In this document: positions 1 to 8,400 of the stretch, in pieces | Numbering within the stretch: the stretch's first letter is position 1 | Layout of the letters: every line of letters starts with the position of its first letter | DNA from: Myxococcota bacterium | GTDB lineage: Bacteria > Myxococcota_A > Polyangia > Polyangiales > Sandaracinaceae | Length of the DNA: 26,802 bases | Direction: 5' to 3' | Assembly (NCBI GenBank): GCA_036149055.1 | Contig: JAYZQJ010000205.1 | Location: forward strand, 1 to 26,802 | Made by a program: the position numbers and the translations under genes | The notes under the pieces: model-generated | What the model was told of the DNA's origin: nothing | Database searches by the model: none | The model's input: only the letters and a program-made list of their open reading frames with translations

Positions 1-46
1 TCGGCCGCGCCGTGGGCCCGTAGCGCTCAGTCTCCGGAGGGGGCAT
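1..46 (-). CDS. Possible 5' end of a gene running off the left edge (MPPPETERYGPTARP...)
   Basis: ATG (cat 44-46) with GGGAGG a few nt upstream on the minus strand; frame open to position 1; too short to identify. Confidence 0.3.
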   Translation of the reverse strand, partial: MPPPETERYGPTARP

Positions 47-115
47 GCGCCCCCTCCCGCCCGACCGGCAAAGCCGGCTCGGGCTCCCACCCCATCTCAC
101 GCGCTCACGCGCGTG

Positions 116-144
116 GAAGCTGCGGCAATATTTGCCGCACCTTC
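116..144. promoter_or_regulatory. Inverted repeat GAAG-C-TGCGGCAA-TAT-TTGCCGCA-C-CTTC (terminator-like hairpin or protein-binding site)
   Basis: Perfect 8-bp arms (121-128/132-139) extended by GAAG/CTTC; abuts the stop of the 143..523 gene; no U-tract. Confidence 0.4.
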
Positions 145-523
145 AGCGCACGTCGGGCATCGGCGCCGTCGACGGCGAAGCGGAGGGGGCGGGCGCGCCG
201 AGCCGGAGCTGCCCGCCGAGCAGGCAGATCATCGTCAGGATCGAGAGGATGAAGGCGACGACGAGGTTGTTCAGCGACTCGCGCAGCCCGATCAGGAAGA
301 GCCACTTGTCGCTGGTCTGCTCGATGAACGACACCGAGGCCTGCAGGCCGGTCACCGCGCCGAGGGCTCCGGCGGCGACGGTGAGCGCGATCAGCCAGCC
401 GGCGATGGGCACGCGGGCTCGCTCGGGGTCGCGGAGCTGGCGCACGCCGACGAAGAGCGCGGCCAGCCCGAAGGCGAGGGTGGGGAACACGCCGAAGCCG
501 GCTTCGCGAATGAACTCGATCAT
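143..523 (-). CDS. Small MotA/TolQ/ExbB-like membrane protein (126 aa, ~3 TM)
   Basis: GGAGG RBS; motifs FIREAGFGVFP, GALGAVTGL (cf. GLLGTVxG) and IGLRESL (cf. GIxxAL) of the proton-channel family. Confidence 0.65.
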   Translation of the reverse strand: MIEFIREAGFGVFPTLAFGLAALFVGVRQLRDPERARVPIAGWLIALTVAAGALGAVTGLQASVSFIEQTSDKWLFLIGLRESLNNLVVAFILSILTMICLLGGQLRLGAPAPSASPSTAPMPDVR

Positions 524-574
524 GGGGACCTCCTGCCGGCAGTGACAGCGAGGTCCCCACGACGTTCCCGCGGA

Positions 575-967
575 TTACTCCTGGAAGGCGCAGCCCATCG
601 CGGTGCCGCCGGCGCCTCGGACCTCGAGCTCGACGCAGCTGTAGGCGGGCACGGCCGGGGAGGTGTCGGTGGCCTCCTCGGCGGGGCGGCACTCGCTGTC
701 GCTCGCGCACTCGACGACGCAGATGCCGCCCTCGAGCTCCACGCAGCGGCTGCCCTCGAGGCAGTCCTCGTCGCTGTCGCAGGAGTTGGCGCAGTAGCCG
801 TCGGGCCAGTCCTCACCGCGGCGGCAGACCGACTCGATCACGCAGTCGCCGCTGACCCGGCAGTCGCCGCCGACCCAGGCGCCGTCGTTGCCGACCGACG
901 AGCTGCAGCCGAAGGCGGCGAGGGCGACCAGGGGCATCATCCACAGGGCGAATCTCTTCTGAAGCAT
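575..967 (-). CDS. Cys-rich lipoprotein (130 aa, MLQKRFALW...)
   Basis: AAGGAG RBS; lipobox AAFG-C; repeated C-x-x-D-x-D/E-C modules (CDSDEDC, CASDSEC). Real start is 967, not the 1555 given in the ORF track. Confidence 0.8.
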   Translation of the reverse strand: MLQKRFALWMMPLVALAAFGCSSSVGNDGAWVGGDCRVSGDCVIESVCRRGEDWPDGYCANSCDSDEDCLEGSRCVELEGGICVVECASDSECRPAEEATDTSPAVPAYSCVELEVRGAGGTAMGCAFQE

Positions 968-1114
968 CCCGCTCTCCTTTCGGCGCGGGCGCCCCGCGCG
1001 AGCGGCGCATCCTAAGCAATCCCGGGCAGTTCTGTCGAGGGGTGCAAAATGCCACCCTCGGGGCTCGATTTTGTGCTCTCCTTGGTCTCGGAAAGTCGAG
1101 AGAGGAGTGGGTCC

Positions 1115-1459
1115 ATGGGCGACAAGAAGAAGCTGAACGAAGAGGACTTCGAGAGCCGCGAGCGCGTGGTGGGACGGCGCGGCGCGCTGGGCATCCTCGG
1201 CGCGGGCGTGCTGGGCAGCGCGGTCGCGGTGGCGGCCGGCGCGGCGTCTCCGTCCCCGGCGGCGGCGAAGGCGAGCGACTCGGACAGCGGCTCGAACGCG
1301 GACCCGGCGGGTCGCGGACGCACCGGGCACACCGATCGCGACAGCGGCAGCCAGGCCGACCAGGCCGGCCGCGGCGTGTGCGCCGAGCGCGGCCACAGCG
1401 ACAGCGACAGCGGCGGCAACGCCGACGCCGCCGGCAACGGCCGCGGCCCCTGCCGCTGA
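1115..1459 (+). CDS. Small Tat-signal protein with three D-x-D-S-G-x-x-A-D-x-A-G-x-G repeats (114 aa)
   Basis: GAGGAG RBS before ATG 1115; GRRGAL twin-arginine motif, hydrophobic stretch and AAA cleavage site; repeats SDSDSGSNADPAGRG, TDRDSGSQADQAGRG, SDSDSGGNADAAGNG. Confidence 0.8.
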   Translation: MGDKKKLNEEDFESRERVVGRRGALGILGAGVLGSAVAVAAGAASPSPAAAKASDSDSGSNADPAGRGRTGHTDRDSGSQADQAGRGVCAERGHSDSDSGGNADAAGNGRGPCR

Positions 1460-1547
1460 GCTCTCGCTCCGCGTGACTCGAGCGTCGGTCGCCTCGTGCG
1501 GCCGGCGCTCGTTTCGTTTTCGGGCTGGACGCTTCTGGGGGAGTGGC

Positions 1548-1950
1548 TCTCGCAAAGGCGCGAAGCCGCAAAGGGGCTGGGTGGCGGCGGGATGGGGGCT
1601 CGCCGCCGGGTTCTGGTTCGGCCTGCGCGCTTCGGTGGCGATCTATTTCTCGCAGAGGCGCAGAGGCGCAGAGGGGGTGGGGTGGCGGCGGGATGGGGGC
1701 TCGCCGGCGGGTTCGCTCTCGCTCTGCGTGCTCCGTTCTTGGGAATTATTGCTCTCGCAAAGGCGCGAAGCCGCCAAGGGGTTGGGTGGCGGCGGGATGG
1801 GGGCTCGCCGGGGCGTGCCGTCGCTCGGTGGGCTTCGGTGACAGCTATAATTTCACGCAAAGACGCGAAGCCGCCAAGGGGGTGGGTGGCGGCGGGATGG
1901 GGCTCGCCGGCGGGTTCTGGTTTGGTCTGCGCGCTTCCGCCGATATCGGG
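1548..1950 (+). repeat. Repeat array 1 (4 units starting at ~1548, 1648, 1753, 1853)
   Basis: Each unit has a head of three ~9-bp CGCNNAGNN repeats, the core GGGTGGCGGCGGGATGG, then GGCTCGCCG and a semi-variable tail. Confidence 0.9.
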
Positions 1951-2180
1951 CGGTTTCGGGGACGATCCTATTCATTCATCGAGCTCACTGGGGCCGGGCG
2001 TCGAGCTCGGCGCGTTCGTCGGTTGGGGCGCGGCGTCGGTCGCAGACGGGGGCTCGGGTTGCGCGGATGCGCAATCAGTGTTGTACGCTGACTTCGTGCT
2101 CATCGACCCTCGAGACCTCAGTCGGGCCGTCGCGACGCTGTCCCGCGGAGGGCGGCCGGCGTGATGCCGATGCCGATGTG

Positions 2181-3488
2181 ATGATCGGGAAAGCAGCGCA
2201 CGGGCTTGGGAGGGCGTGGTCCATCGTCGTGGCGTCACTGCTCGCCGGCGGCTGCTATCTGAGTCACGGGCGAGCGGAGCCGGATGGCTCCGCGCACGTC
2301 GATGGCCGGCCACCGTCGGACGCGAGCGAGTGCGGGGAGGCGGACTTCCAGGTCGCGGCGAGCCTGGTCACCACCATCACTCGCATGCCGGGTCTCGGCT
2401 CTCTCGTCGTGACGGACCGTGACGATGAGCAGCTCTTCCGAGACGGCCACACGGACCACCGGTTCGACCTCTGCTTCTCGGCGACGCGAGGTCCCTTCGA
2501 CTTGAGCTTCGTGCAGGAAGGGGGACCGAACTACTTTCCGGGGGAGACGCGTGACTTCACCGGCACGGTCTGGGGGCGGTTCGAGCGGCACAGGCTGGTC
2601 CGCGAACCCCTCATCGTGCGACTCGAGCGTCGGCGTCCCGACAGCGTGTTCCTGGCGCACCTGTTGCCCTGGTCGGTGACCACCCTGACCGAGGATCGCA
2701 CCGAGACGGAGTGTCGAGGCTCGCTGTCCGCGTGTCGCGTCCGGTTCATCGAGCTCGGCGCCGACGGGGAGTCGCTGCTCGGCGCCGGCCAGCTCGAGGT
2801 CGATGGAGGCGAGGGCGTCGAGGTCACGCTCGAGTCGGACGACACCGGGGTGGGCTCGGTGTCGTTCACGGTCGAGCTCCCTGGGGTCGGTGAGCTCGCC
2901 TCGCTGGCCCTCGAGGAGGTCCGCCCGCTCGACTGCAGCTACGACGAGGTCGGCGAGCTCCCGGTGGGTTCGCTCGACACCTGGCGATGTACCTACGCGG
3001 GCGTCGGCACGGTCGAGGAGGAGAGTGACGGCGTCGCCCGCGGTCGCCTCGTCTTCAGCGAAGGGCCGGCGATCCGCGCCGACACGGTCATGGCGCGCCT
3101 CGGGTCCGCCGACGCCGGTCTGGAGGCCTACGTCTTCGCGCCGTGCTGCGCGACCTCGCCGACGCTGCGGTTCGGCGACGTCCAGTCGCTCGAGGTCTCC
3201 GGGAGCGATGTCACGGACCTCCGAGTCCGGGTGCAGGCGTCCGACTACGATCACGGCTTCGTCGACATCTACGACTTCCCCCGGCAGCATCATCGTGTCT
3301 GGGGCCGGGACCGCGCGGCGCGCTGGGAGATCGAGCCTTCGGACCTGCCCCGATGGCTTCGAGAGCAGGCGCCGCCCTTCCATGAGGTCTGGGTCGGAGC
3401 GATCTCCACCGTCGGCGAGGAGGCGCCGTGGGAGGGAGGCGCGCCGCGCATCCAGGTGCGGCGGAGGCTGGAGACCCGGGAGCCGTAG
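2181..3488 (+). CDS. Hypothetical lipoprotein (~435 aa)
   Basis: Signal peptide with lipobox LAGG-C(YLSHG); long acidic beta-rich ORF; start uncertain (GTG 2178 or ATG 2181). Confidence 0.65.
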   Translation: MIGKAAHGLGRAWSIVVASLLAGGCYLSHGRAEPDGSAHVDGRPPSDASECGEADFQVAASLVTTITRMPGLGSLVVTDRDDEQLFRDGHTDHRFDLCFSATRGPFDLSFVQEGGPNYFPGETRDFTGTVWGRFERHRLVREPLIVRLERRRPDSVFLAHLLPWSVTTLTEDRTETECRGSLSACRVRFIELGADGESLLGAGQLEVDGGEGVEVTLESDDTGVGSVSFTVELPGVGELASLALEEVRPLDCSYDEVGELPVGSLDTWRCTYAGVGTVEEESDGVARGRLVFSEGPAIRADTVMARLGSADAGLEAYVFAPCCATSPTLRFGDVQSLEVSGSDVTDLRVRVQASDYDHGFVDIYDFPRQHHRVWGRDRAARWEIEPSDLPRWLREQAPPFHEVWVGAISTVGEEAPWEGGAPRIQVRRRLETREP

Positions 3489-3502
3489 CCCGCGAGCTCT
3501 CG

Positions 3503-4195
3503 ATGGAACCTGGGGCTCGGCCGGGGGTCGGGGAGTGGGTGAGGCGGGCGGCGAAGCTGTGGGTCGCGGGGGTGATCGTCTTCGTGGGGGCGGGGGCGGT
3601 GGTGCGCGCGACGCGGCCCGAGGCGCCGCGGGTGATCGCGGGGCTGGAGAAGCAGGCCGACAAGGGCGTGGAGGCCGCGTGGGTGGGGCGCTGGGTCTGG
3701 AGCCGGGTGGTGGAGGACGGGCAGACGACGCTGGCGATCGACGACGCCGATCTCGTCCAGAAGGTCGGTCCCTCCGGGTGGCCGGGCTGCCCCGAGCGCT
3801 TCGTCTGCACGCGCTACGGGCTGCGCAGCCTGGTGCTCGGCGCCGACGGGACGTTCTTCTACGCGGCGCACCCCGAGACGTCGTCCGACTTCCAGGCGCA
3901 CGGGAGCTGGGCGGCGGGCCGGGTGTGGGTCGACACCACGTTCTCCTGCGCGCACCCGGGCTGGCGCCGGCCGCCCCTGAGGGCCGCGCTGCACGCCGAG
4001 CGCCGCGGAGACGCGCTGTGGGTGGCCATCTCCCGTGGGCCGCCCACCACCCTCCCGTTCGCCCCCGCCCCGACCGGCCGCTGGCTGGTCTTCCGCCGGG
4101 TCACCCGCTCGCGCTTCGAGGCGATCTTCCCCCGCCTCTGCCAGCCCTCGCCCGGCCGCCCCTGCCACGCCCGCTGCTTCGCCCGCCTCCCGTGA
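3503..4195 (+). CDS. Hypothetical exported protein, possibly a lipocalin-like beta-barrel
   Basis: N-terminal hydrophobic segment; WVGRWVW motif and a later GSW; several Cys; alternative GTG start at 3539 with a GGGAG RBS. Confidence 0.6.
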   Translation: MEPGARPGVGEWVRRAAKLWVAGVIVFVGAGAVVRATRPEAPRVIAGLEKQADKGVEAAWVGRWVWSRVVEDGQTTLAIDDADLVQKVGPSGWPGCPERFVCTRYGLRSLVLGADGTFFYAAHPETSSDFQAHGSWAAGRVWVDTTFSCAHPGWRRPPLRAALHAERRGDALWVAISRGPPTTLPFAPAPTGRWLVFRRVTRSRFEAIFPRLCQPSPGRPCHARCFARLP

Positions 4196-4216
4196 AACCC
4201 TCTCGGGAGAGCTGAG

Positions 4217-4527
4217 CGGGTGCACGCGCGTCGAAATCGATGAGCCGCAGCGTTCTGTGCGCGGAGTCTCCCGCAAAACGCTACCCGGAGAGTTTCGCGT
4301 GAGTCTCCACGTTCTACTTGATAGCTCTTCTCGACTGCGACGGAAAAACTGACAGAATGTCAAACGCTCGACGATCTCCGTGAGTCTCCACGCTCCAGTT
4401 GATGAGGCTTCTCGATCACGACGTGGGCGCCAACGAAAAAGGAAAACTCGTTGCGTTCTCCGTGCGCGCGCCTCGTCCGAAGCCTGCCGGGAGCGTTTTT
4501 TCGGAGCGCGCGCGTTCAGAACACGGA
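4217..4527. repeat. Degenerate ~81-bp direct repeats plus a hairpin, between convergent genes
   Basis: CGTGAGTCTCCACG...TTGAT...CTTCTCGA at 4298 and 4379 (30/37 identical); weaker copies at 4217 and ~4461; nested inverted repeats at ~4459-4526. Confidence 0.5.
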
Positions 4528-4601
4528 ATTCGAGCCTCCGCGACCGCCCACCAGCACCGTTGTTCTCTGAGAGACGTGAGCGCCGCGTCCCGCCGCTCGA
4601 C

Positions 4602-4838
4602 CTACCGAGCCTCGCTGTCGACCGGCCGCACCCGCACGCAGACGGGCCGCTCACCGCGCCTGCACATGATCACCCGCGTCGCGTTGGCCCCGCGCTCATG
4701 CGCTCGATGCTCCGCCCACCACACGGTCCCGTCCTGGCCCACGACCGGGTCCGAGAGGTGCGCCTCCCGGAGCTCGTTCGCGCACCCTGCACCGAAAGAG
4801 AGCAAGCAGAGACCGCAGAGGGCGAGAACGGTGCGCAT
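4602..4838 (-). CDS. Small lipoprotein (78 aa, MRTVLALCGL...)
   Basis: Lipobox FGAG-C; C-terminal Cys pair CRRGERPVC. Confidence 0.6.
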   Translation of the reverse strand: MRTVLALCGLCLLSFGAGCANELREAHLSDPVVGQDGTVWWAEHRAHERGANATRVIMCRRGERPVCVRVRPVDSEAR

Positions 4839-4987
4839 GCACGAAAGGTTACCATCGAGCGCCCCCACAGACGCAAGTCGCCTCACCCGCCCCCTGCACC
4901 CCGCCCCCCATGGCGGCATCGCCGCCGAACGACCGCACGACAGTCCGCCTCGGCCCTGCACCGAGCGCCACCCACGCGGGCGCCCTG

Positions 4988-5465
4988 CCCACCCACCTCT
5001 GCGCCTCTGCGCCTCTGCGCGAAATTAAGTTTCCACCGAAGCCCCAACCATCGAGGAGCCAGCCGAGCGGTGGCGAGCGCCCATCCCGCCGCCCGCCCGG
5101 CCCCTTTGCGTCTTGGCGCCTTGGCGAGAGCCAAGTTCGCCGCCGAAGCCCCAGCCATCGAGCAGCCAGCCCGCCAAGCGGCGGCGAGCGCCCATCCCGC
5201 CGCCCGCCCGCCCCTTTGCGGCTTGGCGCCTTGGCGAGAGCCAAGTTCGCCGCCGAAGCCCCAGCCATCGAGGAGCCAGCCCGCCAAGCGGCGGCGAGCG
5301 CCCATCCCGCCGCCCGCCCGCCCCTTTGCGGCTTTGCGCCTTGGCGAGAGCCAATTCGCCGCCGAAGCCTGGCCCATCGAGGAGTCAGCCCGCCGAGCGG
5401 TGGCGAGCGCCCATCCCGCCGCCACCCGGCCCCTTTGCGGCTTGGCGCCTTGGCGAGAGCCAATT
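4988..5465 (-). repeat. Repeat array 2 (5 units, period ~106-110 bp)
   Basis: Reverse complement of the same head and core (CCCATCCCGCCGCC...CCCCTTTGCGGCTTGGCGCCTTGGCGAGAG); TTGGCGAGAG at 5121, 5231, 5341 and 5450, plus a CTCTGCGC-type head at ~4997-5024. Confidence 0.9.
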
Positions 5466-5479
5466 CGCCCGAGAGGGCC

Positions 5480-8400
5480 TCAGAGCACCCGAGGAGAGAG
5501 AACGGTCATGGCTTCGGGGCGACCGAGGGGGTAGGCGATGGCGCCGAGGCCGCGGAGCTCGCCGCGCACGGTGAACGCGAGAGGGAGCGGGATCGCGCGG
5601 GTCGTCTCCGCCGGCATCGGGCCGAGGTGGAGGCGGAGGAAGCCGGGCTCGCGGACCTCCACCGCGCGGGCGCTGCGGCCGAGGGCGGCGAGCAGGGCGT
5701 CGGTCGCCTCGACGCCGGCGGGGAGCTGGAGATCGAGCACGACGTCCTGCGCCGCCTCGGTCGCAGTCACCGTCAGCTCGAGCGCCGCGAGGGTCGTACC
5801 GTCGCCCGCGTCGCCGTCGATGGAGAGCGCGAGGGGGCCGTCCTGGCGGGCCTCGAACGGGCGCTCCATCGCCGCCTCGACCCGGACGAAGGCGCTGCCC
5901 GCGAGCGGCTCGACGACGACCCGGTGCGAGCCGGCGCCCGGGGTGAAGGGGAGCACCGCGCGGCCCTCGCTCAGGTCGAGCTCGCGGCGCTCGCCGTCGA
6001 TCGTCACCGCCACCCGCGCCGGCTCCGCGCCGAGCGCGCCGTAGGCCCCGGACGCGAGCAGCCAGAAGAGCGGCTCGCCGCCAGCGCGGACGGCCACGTG
6101 GTCGCGGGCGAGGCCGCCGCGGAGGAGGCGCGCCGAGAGCGCGGCGTCGCCGGCCTGGTGCGCCGCGATCGCGAGCGCGAGGGTGGCGGACACGGACTCG
6201 GCGCCGTCGTCGCGCGCCTCGGTCGGGGCCACGCGGGCCCCGCCGTCGGAGGTCGGCTCGAGGCGCTCGGCGGCCCGCTCGAGCATCGCGCGGCCGTAGG
6301 CGTCGCGCGGGTCGGCGAGCAGCAGCGCGGCCGCGGCCCGGGCGAGCAGGCTCGGCTCGGCCGGGTGCACGCGCAGGGTCCGGCGGAGCTCGCGGCGGAG
6401 CTGGCTGGCCAGCCGGGCGAGCGGGTCGCCGGAGCCGTCCACCGCGGGCACGCCGCCGGCCGCCAGGGCCGCGAGGGTGGCCGAGGCCCGGGCGAGCGAG
6501 TCGCCGTCGGCGATCGAGAAGGAGCCCTGGCCGAGCAGCGCGACGCGGACCCGGGCGAGCGCCTGGCGGGCGTCGGCGTCGTGGGCGTCGGCGCTCGCCC
6601 AGGCGACCGCGGCCGCCGCGCTCGAGAGCGCCGGGACCCGCCCCTCCACCAGGCCGCTCGGGTCCTGCATGCGGAGCAGGCGCGCCCAGAGCGCCGGGTC
6701 CGAGCGCCGGCCGGCGAGCGCGTTCGAGAACGCCACCAGCGCCGGGTCCTCCTCGCGCACGTCGGCGAGGTCGGGGTCGGCGGCGAGCGCGTCGGGCGCG
6801 AGCAGCACGACCCGGCCGGCCGCCCGGCGCGCGTCGGCGGGCACGGAGAAGGAGAGCCGCCAGGGGCGCTCGCGCACGAGGCCGGCGCTGCGCAGCCGCA
6901 AGGGGTGATCCCCGCTGACCACCCGCGCCGGCCAGCGGGCCCGCCGCACCGCCTGGCCCTGCGGATCCAGGAACGAGAGGCTCAGCGCGCCGCGGGCGGG
7001 GGCGTCGGCGGGGGTGATGGAGACCGGGAAGGTGGTGGCCTCGCCGGCGGCGAGCACCAGCTCGTCGGGCGCGTCGGCCCGGAGCGCGAGGCCCTCGGCC
7101 TCGAGGCGGAGCGGCTGGGGGGCGTCGGTGACGTTGGTGACCACGACCTCGAGGCGGACCGGATCGCCGGCGAAGAGCCGCAGGGTCTCCCGGACCTCGC
7201 TCTCGACGATGAGCGGCGCGCCGGCGAGCGTGGAGGCGACGTCGACCGCGCCCCAGCCCGCGTCGGTGTAGGCGAGCGCGACCGCGCCCCAGGTGCGCGG
7301 CTCCTCGTCGAAGGCGAGCCGCACCTCGCCGCCGGTCGCCGGCACGCGGACGAGCTGCCCACCGGCGCCGTCGCCCGGGTGGGCGGGGCGGCGGAGCGCG
7401 AGCGGATCGGCGGGCGGGTCGAAGACGGTCGGGAGCGACGTCCAGAGCTGGATCGCGAGCTGGGCCGCCGGGGCGCTCGCCTGGTGCGGCACCCCGCCGA
7501 CGCGCGCCTGGGGCTCCGCCTGCTGCAGCAGCTCCACGCTCGCGCGGCCGAGCTCCATGCCCTCGAGCCGGGCGACGAGGAGGTCCTCGCCCACCGCCTC
7601 GGCGAAGGGCGTGCCGCTGCGGAGGATGCGCCGCGTGGGATCGACGAGGTCGTCGCCGCTGCCGATCCGGCCGTCGGGGCCGGCGCTGACCAGCTCCCAG
7701 GCGCCGAGCGGATCGACGAAGGTGAAGCGCGAGCGGCCGCGCGAGGGCACCAGCCGGAAGGGCCGCCCCCAGCCGTCGACGAGCATCTGCTGGCTCACCG
7801 CGCCGACCCCGGGGACCGGCTGGCCCTGGAGCTGCCGTATCCACTCCGACGGATCGCCGAGGCGGCTCCACGGCAGGTCGAAGCCGTGCCCCTGCACGAA
7901 GTGGCGGAGCGCGAGCAGGAGGCGGAAGAGGCGCTCGCGGGTGATCCGGCGCGCGACGTTGTCGTAGGTGAGCTGCGGGTCGAAGCGCTGGAGCTGCTCG
8001 ATGGTGAGCGGATCGCCGCCGAGCCCGGTGGCGCCGGCCGCGCCGAGCGAGCCGCTCTCGGCCACCGACTCGAGGATCTGCTGGTTGAAGGTGAAGCCGC
8101 GCGGGCCCTGCACCGCGACGTCGTCGAGGCGCTCGGGGATGGACTGGCCGACGTAGGCCTCGAGCGCGCGGAAGATCAGCGCGAGGCGGCCGGTGACGAA
8201 GCGGGCGCGGGTGCGCCACGGGTCGTTGAGGAGCGCGACCTCGGTCGGGTCGGCCGGCGCGGGCTCGGCGATCGGGCGGCCGCCGCGCAGCACGGTGGGC
8301 GCGGCGACGTCGCTGGTGGTGTGGGCGGCGAGCGCGGCGAAGAGCAGCGGGTCCCGGGCCTCGCCGAGGCCGCGGCGCAGATCGCCGAGCGGGCTCTCGC

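Noticed and set aside
1036..1060. Imperfect inverted repeat CGAGGGGTGCA-AAA-TGCCACCCTCG between the divergent genes, and possible sigma54 promoters nearby
   Set aside because: Only 9/11 paired in GC-rich DNA, and the GG-N10-GC spacing is not met; too weak to call.
1473..2164. ORFs spanning the repeat arrays (also 4849..5574 and 26042..26733)
   Set aside because: They are translations of the DNA repeat in several frames (WVAAGW, GGGGM); unit lengths are mostly not multiples of three.
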